Both the position numbers and the translations under genes were made by a program. This document shows, piece after piece, positions 11,671 through 22,065 of a DNA stretch of 64,000 bases. The notes beneath the pieces were generated by a model. It was not told the origin of the DNA and made no database searches. It saw only the letters and a program-made list of their open reading frames with translations. The stretch is from Chiloscyllium plagiosum (Eukaryota): the NCBI RefSeq assembly GCF_004010195.1, contig NC_057719.1, positions 9,968,170-10,032,169 of the forward strand, given 5' to 3'. Position 1 is the first letter of the stretch, and each line of letters begins with the position of its first letter.

Positions 11671-12760
11671 CTTAATCAATGACCTTTCATCAGATCTGTT
11701 TACAAGGATGTCTGCAAAATCACTGCTGTGTGTATTTCCACAGGCATTGCCTCAGATGCTAAGTGTTTCCAGCATTGTCTATTTTATTCTAGACCTCCTG
11801 CACTTCAGTATTGTTTCAGTATGAGACTGGGCCTTTGCTGTAGCACAGGAGGGCAAGAATATTCAGTGAAGACCTCACTTGACTTGTAGCAATCAAGCAT
11901 CTAATGGATCAATGATTTTTCAACTGGACACCAAAAACAGGAATTAGAATGTCCAACAGACAAAATATAATACAAAGTCAGATGAATACAGATCAACATA
12001 GAGTCACTGGAGGGAAAACCAGAATTACTGCTGCTGCTGAGTAACAGAATTTGCCAGGGTGCTGGTTTAGAGAGGTACCTAATATGTATTTCAGCATTGC
12101 TTTCTGCTAGCATATAGATGTGAAGTGTTACCTAACTTCAGGCAATAAATTAAACCAATAGATTGTAAATCCTTAGTCATGTCAAATTTACTTTGCAAGA
12201 TGTCAACCATCTAATAGGAGATTACAATTATAGCACTGGCACACTGTCATTCTTCTCTCAGTGCAAATCCTTGCAAACATTTTCCTTAACCTTACTGTAT
12301 ATCCATCTGGACAACCTGACCACTGAACCGTTTCAAGATTCCAACATGACACCAGAAATCAATAATCCCATTTTTCGGCAATAAAAGCTACCAGGCACAT
12401 CAAGGGATCAATCTAGCACTGATGCTGAAAAAATACATTTCAGAAATAAAAGATGAATGCTCAACACTCTAAAGATTAATAGCCACCATGTATCAATTCA
12501 CCACCATTCACAGTGTGATGATGTACCTTCCATGTGACTCTCTGCACTTGGCCAACCTTGATGACATGTCGAAAACTGTGGACCTGCTGTCACTGAGGAC
12601 ACTGCACAGTGAATGCGGATATCTGCTCAGTAATTGGATGAAACTGTAGCGATTGTAATGAGGTCAGCCAGGAGGACCTCACAAAATATGAGTTTCCTGA
12701 TTGGGGCTGTTAATCCGGTCCAATCAGCAAACCCTGGATGACAGATAGAAAAGAGAGCGT

Positions 12761-12846
12761 CCGCAGGGAGTGGAGTGCATCATTTCTCCCTCCAACTCTA
12801 TTTTGATTTAGTCCCTACCCTCCCCCTCACTGTTTGATCACACAGC
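12761..12846 (+). mobile_element. Tx1 fragment 1 (ORF2 end, no tail)
   Basis: Identical to 13048-13133 of the next copy; flanked by a 42-bp duplicated target. Confidence 0.85.
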
Positions 12847-12890
12847 TCCAATCAGCAAACCCTGGATGACAGATAGAAAAGAGAGCGTTA

Positions 12891-13340
12891 CTGGCCATCA
12901 ACAGGTCGATGCAGCGTGCTGTGGAGGGGGTCGTTAGGGCCGACTGCCTGCCCCTCTTCCGCGGTTACGTTAAAGCCCGGGGTGTCCTTGGAGAAGGAGC
13001 ACGCGGTGTCCACCAACACCCTGGAGTTGTTCAGGGAGAGGTGGGCGCCGCAGGGAGTGGAGTGCATCATTTCTCCCTCCAACTCTATTTTGATTTAGTC
13101 CCTACCCTCCCCCTCACTGTTTGATCACACAGCATTGCCCTTTGATGTGAAGGGCAGTGTTTGTCACTGGCCACCCGGGTGTTTTCCTATCTTCCTGGTG
13201 GTGGAAATTGAATAAAGATTCGTGCACTTTGTGTCTTTCACTGTGTCTCACACCTGCACACACACACCATGGGTGCTGGGGAAAAAATAAGCACTACCGC
13301 AGTTAGGTGGTAGTGTGGGGGTTAAAAAGGGGGAAAAAAA
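12891..13340 (+). mobile_element. Tx1 (L1/Tx1 clade) 5'-truncated copy 2 with 3' UTR, hairpin and A-rich tail
   Basis: LAINRSMQRAVEGVVRADCLPLFRGYVKA...ELFRERWAPQGVECIISPSNSILI* resembles the Tx1 ORF2 C-terminus. Confidence 0.85.
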
Positions 13341-13435
13341 TAAACAGGAGATTTCACACAGCATTAAAATAAAGAAAAGATAAACAGGAGTGTTAGAGAG
13401 AAAAAGTAAAAAAGATAAGAAAACAAAAGAATGCT

Positions 13436-13822
13436 ATGTTACAGCCCGGGAGTCTCTGGAGAAGGAGAGCACGCGGTGTCCACCAACACCCTGGAGTTGT
13501 TCAGGGAGAGGTGGGTGCTGCAGGGAGTGAAGTGCATCATTACCCCCTCCAACTCTATTTTGATTTAGTCCCTACCCTCCCCTTCACTGTTTTGATCACA
13601 CAGCACTGCCCTTTGATGTGAAGGGCAGTGTTTGTCACTGGCCACCCGGGTGTTTCCATTCTTCCTGCTGGTGGAAACGGAATAAAGATTTGTGCACCTT
13701 GTGTCTTTCACTGTGTCTCACACCTGCACACACACAACATGGTTGCTGGGGAAAATAAGCACTACCGCAGTTAGGCGGTAGTGTGGGGGGAAAAAAGAGA
13801 AAAAAAAAGAAAAAAAGAAAAG
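13436..13822 (+). mobile_element. Tx1 5'-truncated copy 3
   Basis: Homologous to copy 2; 3' hairpin gcactaccgc-agttag-gcggtagtgt at 13759-13784, then A-rich tail. Confidence 0.85.
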
Positions 13823-13828
13823 ATTGTT

Positions 13829-13942
13829 AAAATAAGCACTACCGCAGTTAGGTGGTAGTGTGGGGGTTTAAAAAAAAGAGAAAAAAAAGAAAAAAGAAAA
13901 AAGAAAAAAAAGAAGAGAAGAAAAGAAAAAAGAGGAAAAAAA
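13829..13942 (+). mobile_element. Tx1 minimal copy 4 (3' hairpin + A-rich tail only)
   Basis: aaaataagcactaccgcagttaggtggtagtgtggggg followed by a ~70-nt A-rich tract. Confidence 0.75.
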
Positions 13943-13950
13943 GGGAGTGT

Positions 13951-14700
13951 AGACCCTGTATCGACTGCTGCTGCACACCGAAAACCTCTTCTCCCTCATC
14001 CACCGTCCGGAAATGCCTTGGCGTGCCTATTTGCCACCGGGCGGTGGGGATCCACAGTGGAGGGCTCACTATGCGAGAGTCCTCCCCCTTTCTCTCAGGG
14101 ATCTGGGGTGGAGGGCGCTGCATGCAGCTGTCCCCTCCAACCTCAGATTGTGATGGTTCACGGACTCCCAGCCCAACTGCTTGTTCTATGGCGCTGCGGA
14201 GTCCGTGGACCACGTATATATTGGGTGTGGAGTTTGCACTCCCTTTTTAATTTTCTTAAAAACCTCCTCCTCTGCTTTTGGTTGCACTTCAGTCCCACGC
14301 TCCTGATCTTTGGGCACGGAGGAGGGAGGGCAGGTCTGAAGACCTCCTTTTGGGTCTGTTCCTGGACCTGGCCAAATTGGCCATAAATCGGTCCAGGCAG
14401 CAGGCTGTGGAGGGGGTTGGTAGGGGTGACTGCCTGCCCCTCTTCCACGGTTACGTTAGAGCCCGGGTGTTTCTGGAAAAGGAGCATGCGGTGTCCACCG
14501 ACATCCTGGAGTTGTTCAGGGAGAGGCGGGCGCCGCAGGGAGTGGAGTGCATTATTTCCCCCTCCAACTCTATTTTGATTTAATCCCTGCCCTCCCCTTC
14601 ACTGTTTGATCACACAGCATTGCCCTTTGTCAGTTAGGCGGTTGTGTGGGGATAATAAAAAAGAAAAAGAAAAACAATACAGAAAAAAATAAAAAAAACT
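13951..14700 (+). mobile_element. Tx1 5'-truncated copy 5 including Zn-knuckle region; 3' UTR internally deleted
   Basis: ESVDHVYIGC...FLKNLLLCFWLHFSPTLLIFGH...DLLLGLFLDLAKLAINRSR resembles Xenopus Tx1 ORF2 (FWLHFSP...LAKL) as recalled. Confidence 0.9.
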
Positions 14701-15261
14701 GGACTGTCAGACATCTTGTTCACTGTGAGAGCTGGCTCTAAAAAAATGAAAAGGGAATGTACCCTGAGGGAGCTGGATCAGTGTCAAGGACTCTCCATGT
14801 ATATTTAAAGGGTGACTTGGTGACGGGATAGCAGCCTGTGTCGAGTTATTTCAGGGGACACCACTTTTTACTATCTACCGGTGTGAGAGGATTTTATTAG
14901 TTCCCACAGATCTGGGTTAACCAAAGTGATGCAGGCCCAAATATTCCACTGCTTATTGCTGTTAAAGGAAGTCACCAGCCTGGTGAACAGGGAAGTATGC
15001 ACACATGTTCTTCAAGTGGATTTCCAGAAAATATTTCATGAAGATTTGAACAAGAGCTTATTAACAATAAAGAACTGATACAGAATTAGAAGTGGCCTTG
15101 TTGTATAGGTCGAGTATAATTTGTTGACAGGTAGGAATCACAGAGTAGGATTAATGATGTCCAATTGCTGGAATCTCAATGTGTCGCTCAATGAGAGCCT
15201 CAGATTTTCATCATATCTGGCAGGGCAGGTTCAAGGGGCTGAATGGTTCCTACATTCAAAG

Positions 15262-15370
15262 AGAAAAAGAAAAGGGAGTGTCAGACATCCTGTTCACGGA
15301 GCTGGATCAGTGTCACCGTGTAAATAAAGGGTGACTTGGGGATGGGATACTGGCCTCTGTGGAGTTAGTT
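15262..15370 (+). mobile_element. Second right-half LTR copy preceded by A-rich tract
   Basis: agaaaaagaaaagggagtgtcagacatcctgttcac...aataaagggtgacttgg...ggagtta matches 14701-14853. Confidence 0.7.
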
Positions 15371-16169
15371 CTGTAATGCCAGTGTGGGTGGGTGGGTGCA
15401 TCAATGAATTATTTTTTTCCCTGACCCCAGCCCCCTTCCCACTCCTGCAACATTGACTTGTACTTTGATCAGGACTCTCCAAATCTCTCAAACCTGGAAA
15501 AAGCACTTTAAAAGCAATAACAAGGTGCCACTCCTGACCAGAGTACGCCAAACCATCTGCACATCGTAATGCATTGTTTCGATACTGGATGAATGTGAAC
15601 ATGGAAACAAATGAAAAACAGCCACTTCAATTGAGTAACGGTTCGAGGGACAATCTGGATTGATTCATCCAAATGTGGGGCAAAATAAATGGAAGTAATA
15701 CTATCAAGGGGAACAACCTGGACCAAGCAATTCTGTGGAAGCCTGTCTCAGGAAATGATTGTTGTGACAAGACATCTGATGTTTGGACAATGAATTGGTA
15801 TCAAACAATTGTTTGAGGAGCACGATACAGAATTTGACAATATGTGGGAGCCCGGAGAAATGTGCGTACTTAACTTGGTGTTTATGGGCCTCTGACAGCT
15901 TAAAATGTGTTCTTCAAAAAGGGACTACTGGAAACCAATTAATAAAAAGGGGCAGTTTTGTTTTAACTGGCATTAATGTGGAGGCAGAGAGAAGCTGGCT
16001 GCTTATCATAATCAAGTGTATTTCTCAGGCTCCTGACCGGCAAACCCCTCTGGGACATGGCATGTGAACTATCTTTCAACAAGCCGTAGAATCCGGCACC
16101 CAAATCACATCGGTGTCTTACAGCGTCTGACAAAGGAGATAAAGAGTCATTGAGTTGAATACCAAAATG

Positions 16170-17175
16170 TTTGATATCATTTCTGGCACAGAGGATGATG
16201 GTTATAGTTGTTGGAGGTCAATCATCTCAGGTCCAGAGCTATGCAGGAGTCCCTTGGGGTAGTGTCCTAAGCCCAACCATTTTCAGCTGCTTCAGCAATG
16301 ACCTTGCCTCCATCATAAGGTCAGAAGTGAGAATGTTCGCCAATGATTGCACAATGTTCAGCAGGACTCCGTGGATAGTGAAGTAGTCCAGGTCCAAATG
16401 CTGCACTACCTAGACAATACTCAGGCAAAAATGACAAGCAATATTCACCACACAAACACCAGGATCACCTCCAAGAAGAGAGAATCTAACCATCACCCCT
16501 TGACATTCAATGGCATTACTGTTAATGAACTCCTCGACTGTCAATCCCACTGGGAATTATCACTAATCAGAAAATGAACTGGATCAGCCATTTAAACTCA
16601 TTGGTCACAAGAACAGGTCACAGGTTACATACCTTTCAATGAGTAACCCACCTCCTGACTCCAAAAGCCTGTCCACCATCAAAAGACACATATCCGAGGT
16701 GCGATGGAACACTACCATTTGTCTGGATGAGTGCAGCTTCAACAACACTTAAAAAACTCACATCCAGGAGAAATCAGACACTTAACTGGAAACACCCACT
16801 CTCTCCATGACCAATACTCAGTAGCAACCTTGTGTACTATCTCCAAGATGCACTGCAGAAATTCACCAAAGATCCTCAGACAGCACCTTCCAATCCCATG
16901 ATCACTTCCCCTAGAAGAACAAGCACAACAGATACATGGGAACACCAGCACCCATTACAAGTTCCAGTCCAAGTCACTCACCACCCTGACATGGAAATAT
17001 ATCACCCTAACCATTGTGACATTGGATCAAACTCCTGGAATTGCCTCCCTTACTGCATTCTGAATGCACCTACACTAAATGGATGGCAGCAATTCAATAA
17101 GGCAGCACCCCACCACCTTCTGAAGGGCAATTGAGGATTGGCAATAAATGCTGGCCCAGATCCCAAAAATGGATT
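16170..17175 (+). mobile_element. L2/CR1-group LINE, RT to 3' end
   Basis: AGVPWGSVLSPTIFSCFSNDL...MFANDCTMF (GVPQGS/FADD) and tail ggcaataaatgctggcc. Confidence 0.85.
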
Positions 17176-18394
17176 TAATGAAGAGAGATGGATACAGAAC
17201 TCACAGAAGGGTTACAGCAAGTGAGGCTGATCAGCCCATCATGCTTGTGCTTGCTCTTTGAATGAGCAATATACTTAGTTCAATTTCTCCACCCTCCCCT
17301 GTCAACCCTGCACAATCTTCCTGGACAAGTAACAATCCAACTTCCTTTTGAATGGCTGGATTATACCTGCCTTCACTCTCAGGCAATGTGTTCCAGGTCC
17401 AAATCACACACTTTGTCATAATGTTTCTCCTGTCACCGATGCGGTTTGTGTCAATTCCCTTCAATCCATGAGTTCTCATTCTCAAGCTTTCCACAAGTAA
17501 GAAACATGTCTCCCTATCAATTCTGTTCAAAAGTGCCTCATAGTTTTGAACACCTCCATCAAATCTTCCATCAAACCCAGCTTTACCAAGGAAAACTTTT
17601 CCAACCTAGTTACATATCTGATGTTCCCTCACCCTGGACTCAACGTTGGAATCATGAAATTTTATAGTACAGAAGGAGCATCATGTCTGCACCAGCTCCA
17701 AAGAAAGCTGGTCCCACTCCCCAGTCTTACATTCATAGCCCTCTAACTTCATCCCATTCAAATATATCCCCAGCTCTCTTTTGAAACCTACTGCGGAATC
17801 CACCTCCACTACTCTCCCAGACGGCAAATTCCAAATTCTAACAACTTTCTCAGTAAAAACCTTTCTCGTCATCTCACTCCTAGCCCTCTTGCTGAGGATC
17901 ATGAAATCGTGACCCCGTTACTGACATACCAACCACTGGAAACAGAATATGCTTCTTTACCCCATCAAAATTATTCATAATTTTGAACACCTCAATAAGA
18001 TCATCTCTTAATCTTCTCCACTCCAAGGAGAGTAAACCCAATTTCTTTCATCCTTCCTTGTATCAAAAATCCTTCATTCCTGATGTCTTTCCAGTAAATC
18101 TCACTTGAACCCTCTTCAGGGCTTTAACATTCTTCATTTAATAAGGTGCCCAGAACTGAACGCAATAGTCCAAATGGTTTCTGACTAATCTTCGTGAATC
18201 TTTTCTGCATTCTCTCAATGAATTTACATGCAACCATAAGAATTAGGACCAGGAGAGGGCCATTCAGCCCCTTGACCCTGTTTTGTCATTCAATGAGATT
18301 GTAGCTTATTTAATTGTGGCACCAATTTCACATTCCCACCTATCACTGCAAAGCATGGACACTTGTTAGTCAATGATCTAACTACCTCTGATAT

Positions 18395-18909
18395 AAAGCA
18401 GTAGTTCCAAATACACCTGTTGGACTACAACCTGATGTTGTATGATTTTTAACTTTGTGCGCTTGAGGGAAGATGTGAAGTTATTACATCCAGGCTTATT
18501 GAAACATGTAAGATTTTGAGAGATTCCAGAGGATGAATACCAAAAGGATAGTTCCCCTTGTGGGAAAGGCTGGAATTGGGAGTCATGGTTTCAAAATAAG
18601 GAATGTCCCATTTAACCCACCCCAACCCCCATCCCTCTCTGGATTACAGACTCCGAAGGTCTTTCACAAATCACGGAAAAAAATCCATTTTAAATGGGAC
18701 ATCCCTTATTTTGAAACCATTACTCCCAATTCCAGCCTTTCCCACAAGGGGAACTATCCTTTTGGTATTCATCCTCTGGGATCTCTCAAATCTTACATGT
18801 TTCAATAAGGCTGGATGTAATAACTTCACATCTTCCCTCAAGCGCACAATGTTAAAAATCATACAACATCAGGTTGTAGTCTAACAGGTTTATTTGGAAC
18901 TACTGCTTT
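18395..18909. repeat. ~220-bp near-perfect inverted repeat (18395-18615 / 18690-18909), 74-bp spacer
   Basis: Direct reverse-complement match; the ORF track gives MNTKRIVPLVGKAGIGS on both strands. Confidence 0.95.
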
Positions 18910-19053
18910 CAGAGTGATGCTTCTTCATCAGGTGGCTATGTGAAGCAGCACTCTGAAAACTAGTGCTGCCAAATAAACCTGTTGGACTATAACCTGGTGT
19001 TGTGTGATTTTTAACTTTGTACATGCCAGTGCAACACTGGCACCTCCATATCA
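18845..19053 (+). mobile_element. PLE-derived palindromic insertion (family C)
   Basis: Inverted arms aaaaatcatacaac...tatttggaa / ccaaataaacctgttggactataacctgg...gatttttaac, plus tail ccagtgcaacactggcacctcca. Confidence 0.85.
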
Positions 19054-19844
19054 TGTCCCTTAAGTGTACCATCCAGAATTGGATGCAATACTACAGTTGA
19101 GTCCAAACTAATGTTAATAGAATTTTAACATAATTTTTAAACAATATTTTTCAAAAAAAATCACAGTAATATTCAAGATTGTTGCAAGAGGTTAACTGGC
19201 TGTCAAATCAGAGCAGGAGGCTTGAGGTTGGCCCTTGGAAGTTCATCCCAATTCTGGTAAATTCCTTACAATTTCTGATCTTTGTGTACATTGTTTTACA
19301 GAACAATGATTTACAGAATTCAGGCAAGAACATAACATTTGAGACCAGAAAAGATTTTCTGCATGAAATATTGTAGCACACACTTTATGAGCACACTGTG
19401 ACCATTAAAGACAAAAGAAAATCCACTAAAAAGTATACAAACATTGTATGACAGAGAAGGGACACAAAGTTAACAGATGCTTCGGTCTCTGAACAATACA
19501 ACATTGGTAGATTGGATATGAGAGAGGCTGAATACAAGTCATCGCCTTTTGTTTTATAAAGCACCACTCTCAGTGTGTGGAGTGCCATCAAGTGTGCTGA
19601 TGCACTAAGAGTGATTGTTAAAAGGATCAGTGAATGTTCCATATTCCATCAGATGAAACTATCACATTCATGCTTTCTATTTATCAGAGACCTTGAATAA
19701 TAAGCAAATGATTAGACCACAGCATGGAACATTTTACATCCAAATTACAAAAGAACAGTTGTAATGTTAAAGATACCTCCACAAAGAATCCTCATGACAA
19801 ATATCAAAGATGCCTTCAAGGGGAAACCAGAGCAACATGCAATG

Positions 19845-20175
19845 GCGAGGCAGTGGCCTAGTGATATTATCACTGAACTGTTAACCTGAAGAACCTGGTA
19901 ATGCTGTGGAGACCTGGGTTCTAAGCCTGCCATGGCAGATAGTGGAATTTGAATTCAATAATTATGTGGAATTAAAAAGATTAATAATGATCATGAATCC
20001 ATTATCGGTCGTTGGAGAAAAAAAACCCATCTGGTTCTTAATGGAATGAAACCGTCATCCTTACTTTCTCTGGCCCACATGTGACTCCAGACTCACTCTA
20101 ACTGCCCTATGGGCAATTAGAGATGAGCAATAAATGCTGGCCTCACCAGCAACACCCTCGTGCAGTGAATAAATA
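19845..20175 (+). mobile_element. tRNA-derived SINE with L2-like 3' tail (other copies ~22375-22740 +; ~30985-31485, 37055-37380, 38150-38700, 51900-52250 -)
   Basis: Head gcagtggcctagtg...ctgggttctaagcc; tail gcaataaatgctggcc...gtgaataaat. Confidence 0.75.
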
Positions 20176-20539
20176 CATTCAAAAAGACAAAGGGAATTAT
20201 GGTAAGGTTTGATGTAGAGAGTTGGGTAAGAGCTAGCAGGGAGAATGACCTGTTCTGTGCTGTAGACTCAATGTAAACCAATTCCTGGAGGCAATTGGAT
20301 TTGGTCTGAAGTACAGGAATGCAAAGGATAAGTGCAGGAGCTGAGTTGTACCATTGGCTACACATGACTGCAGCAGGCTCAGCCATGAAATCATCTGCAT
20401 GCTCAGGGCTTCCAATCCTTGCTGATGAATCCCAACTGGTTTTTGAATATGTACAAGAGCCATTTGGCTGAGTTAATGGTCAAAGTAATCTGAACATCCA
20501 TAGGTATTCCTCTTCCTTGGAGGTATTTCACAACATGAA

Positions 20540-20892
20540 TCCAGAAAGGTTGATCAACATAACTGGACCGGATGGAGACTATAAGGATGTCCTCTCTTGT
20601 GGAAGAATCTAGAACTAGGAATTATCGTTTAAAAGGGCTGTTCATTGAAGACAAAGAAAAGGAAACTTATTTTCTCAGCAGTTTCAGATATTTTTTGGAA
20701 TTGCCTTCCTCAAAAGGCAGTGAATGCAGAATCTATAAATATTTTTAACGCAGAGGTAGATAGATTCTTGATTCCTAAGGGGATGAAAGATTATCAAGAA
20801 TTATCAGGAATGTGGAGTTGAGGTTAAACTCAGATCAGCCTTGATCTTATTGAATGGTAGGGAAGACTTGAAGGGCTGAGTGGCCTACTCCG
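20540..20892 (+). mobile_element. CR1 3' fragment
   Basis: ttggaattgccttcctcaaaaggcagtg...cagatcagccttgatcttattgaatgg...tggcctactcc. Confidence 0.75.
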
Positions 20893-21193
20893 TGGCCCAA
20901 CATTTCAACTCCCCCTCCTAATCTGCCGAGGACATGGAGGTCCTGGGCCTCCTTCACTGCCGCTCCCTCACCACCAGACGCCTGGAGGAAGAACACCTCA
21001 TCTTCCGCCTCGGAACACTTCAACCCCGGGGCATCAATGTGGACTTCAACAGTTTCCTCATTTCCCCTTCCCCCACCTCACCCTAGTTCCAAACTTCCAG
21101 CTCAGCACTAACCCCATGACTTGTCCGGACTCGCTCTTCCAGCACCACTGATCCAGAATCTGGTTTCCAGCATCTGCAGTCATTGTTTTTAAC
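20893..21193 (+). mobile_element. PLE ORF C-terminus + internally deleted terminal repeat
   Basis: AQHFNSPS*SAEDMEVLGLLHCRSLTTRRLEEEHLIFRLGTLQPRGINVDF; tail ttccagcatctgcagtcattgttttta. Confidence 0.85.
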
Positions 21194-21734
21194 TCCTGTT
21201 CATTGTTTGTGTGATTGTATCACAGATCAAAATGAGCCAATTAATCAAATCAGCCAACTGACTAGCAAACCATTTTGCATTGATTTAAGTGCTAAACAAA
21301 AGCCCAAGATGATTGTTGCAAATTAGAATAATTTTCTAATCTCTTAACTAACCAGACACCTCCTCATCTTCCACTTGAACACTTGCAATCATTTCTTTAA
21401 TCAATACACCCCACTTTCTGCTGAAATGCCTGAAGTTCCCTCATATTCAAAACTTGCCTCGGAATAATCAATCCCATTTGATTGTTTTTGCTCTCCATCC
21501 ATTTTTGTTGCCCTTTCTTTCTCCCACACATGTTCCAGTTTTCTTGTACTCTCTAAAATGTAGTGAAATCTCTGCTTTATGTCTTTATGTGAGTAGTCTT
21601 ATAGAAATGGAAGTTACTGCAATATTTCTGATTTCCATTTTCATGTGGGGTCACCCTCTTGATTACTTTCTCACAAATGACCAGATACAGGCAAACATGC
21701 CTGGATATGCGAGGGTTGTCATTGTGCTTTTTCT

Positions 21735-22065
21735 GGTTCCTCATAGGGATCAATGGTTGGGCTGGCATTCATCCTCTGTCTCTAATTGCCTTGAGAAGAT
21801 GCTGCGAAGATACTTTCTGGAATTGCTACCATCCGTTTGATACAGGTACAATCGGAATGCTGTTAGTGAGACAATTCCAGGACTTTGACCCAGCAACACT
21901 GAAGGAACGGTGTTATGTTTCCAAGTCAGGATGGTCAGTGGCTTGGAGGGGACCATAGAGGTGATGTCTTTCTCATGTAACTGCTGCCTTTGTCCTTCCA
22001 GATGAGAGCGGTCGTGGATGTAGAAAGTGTTGAGGATGGATCACTGGTGAATTTCTGCAGTGCAG
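21735..22065 (-). mobile_element. L2-like LINE 3' fragment (same family also 30315-30895 -, 53765-54390 -, 56150-56630 +, 61605-62455 +)
   Basis: Match to 16800-17170 (atgcactgcagaaattcacca, atcctgacttggaaa). Confidence 0.75.

Larger units (their letters stand above)
12654..14853 (+). mobile_element. Short LTR-like element (TG...CA) split by a Tx1 array; left half 12654-12760, right half ~14701-14853
   Basis: Begins tgtaatgagg and ends gagttatttca; paired CCAAT boxes (gattgg/ccaatc); AATAAA in the sister copy at 15323; no clear TSD seen. Confidence 0.65.
17195..19115 (-). mobile_element. Several decayed CR1 3' fragments on minus strand
   Basis: Reverse motifs KVVRIWNLP, FKRELGIYL and CR1 3' UTRs at ~17200, ~17660 and ~18235. 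Confidence 0.7.

Noticed and set aside
13848..14250. Lys-rich and Phe-rich ORFs
   Set aside because: Translation of an A-rich retrotransposon tail
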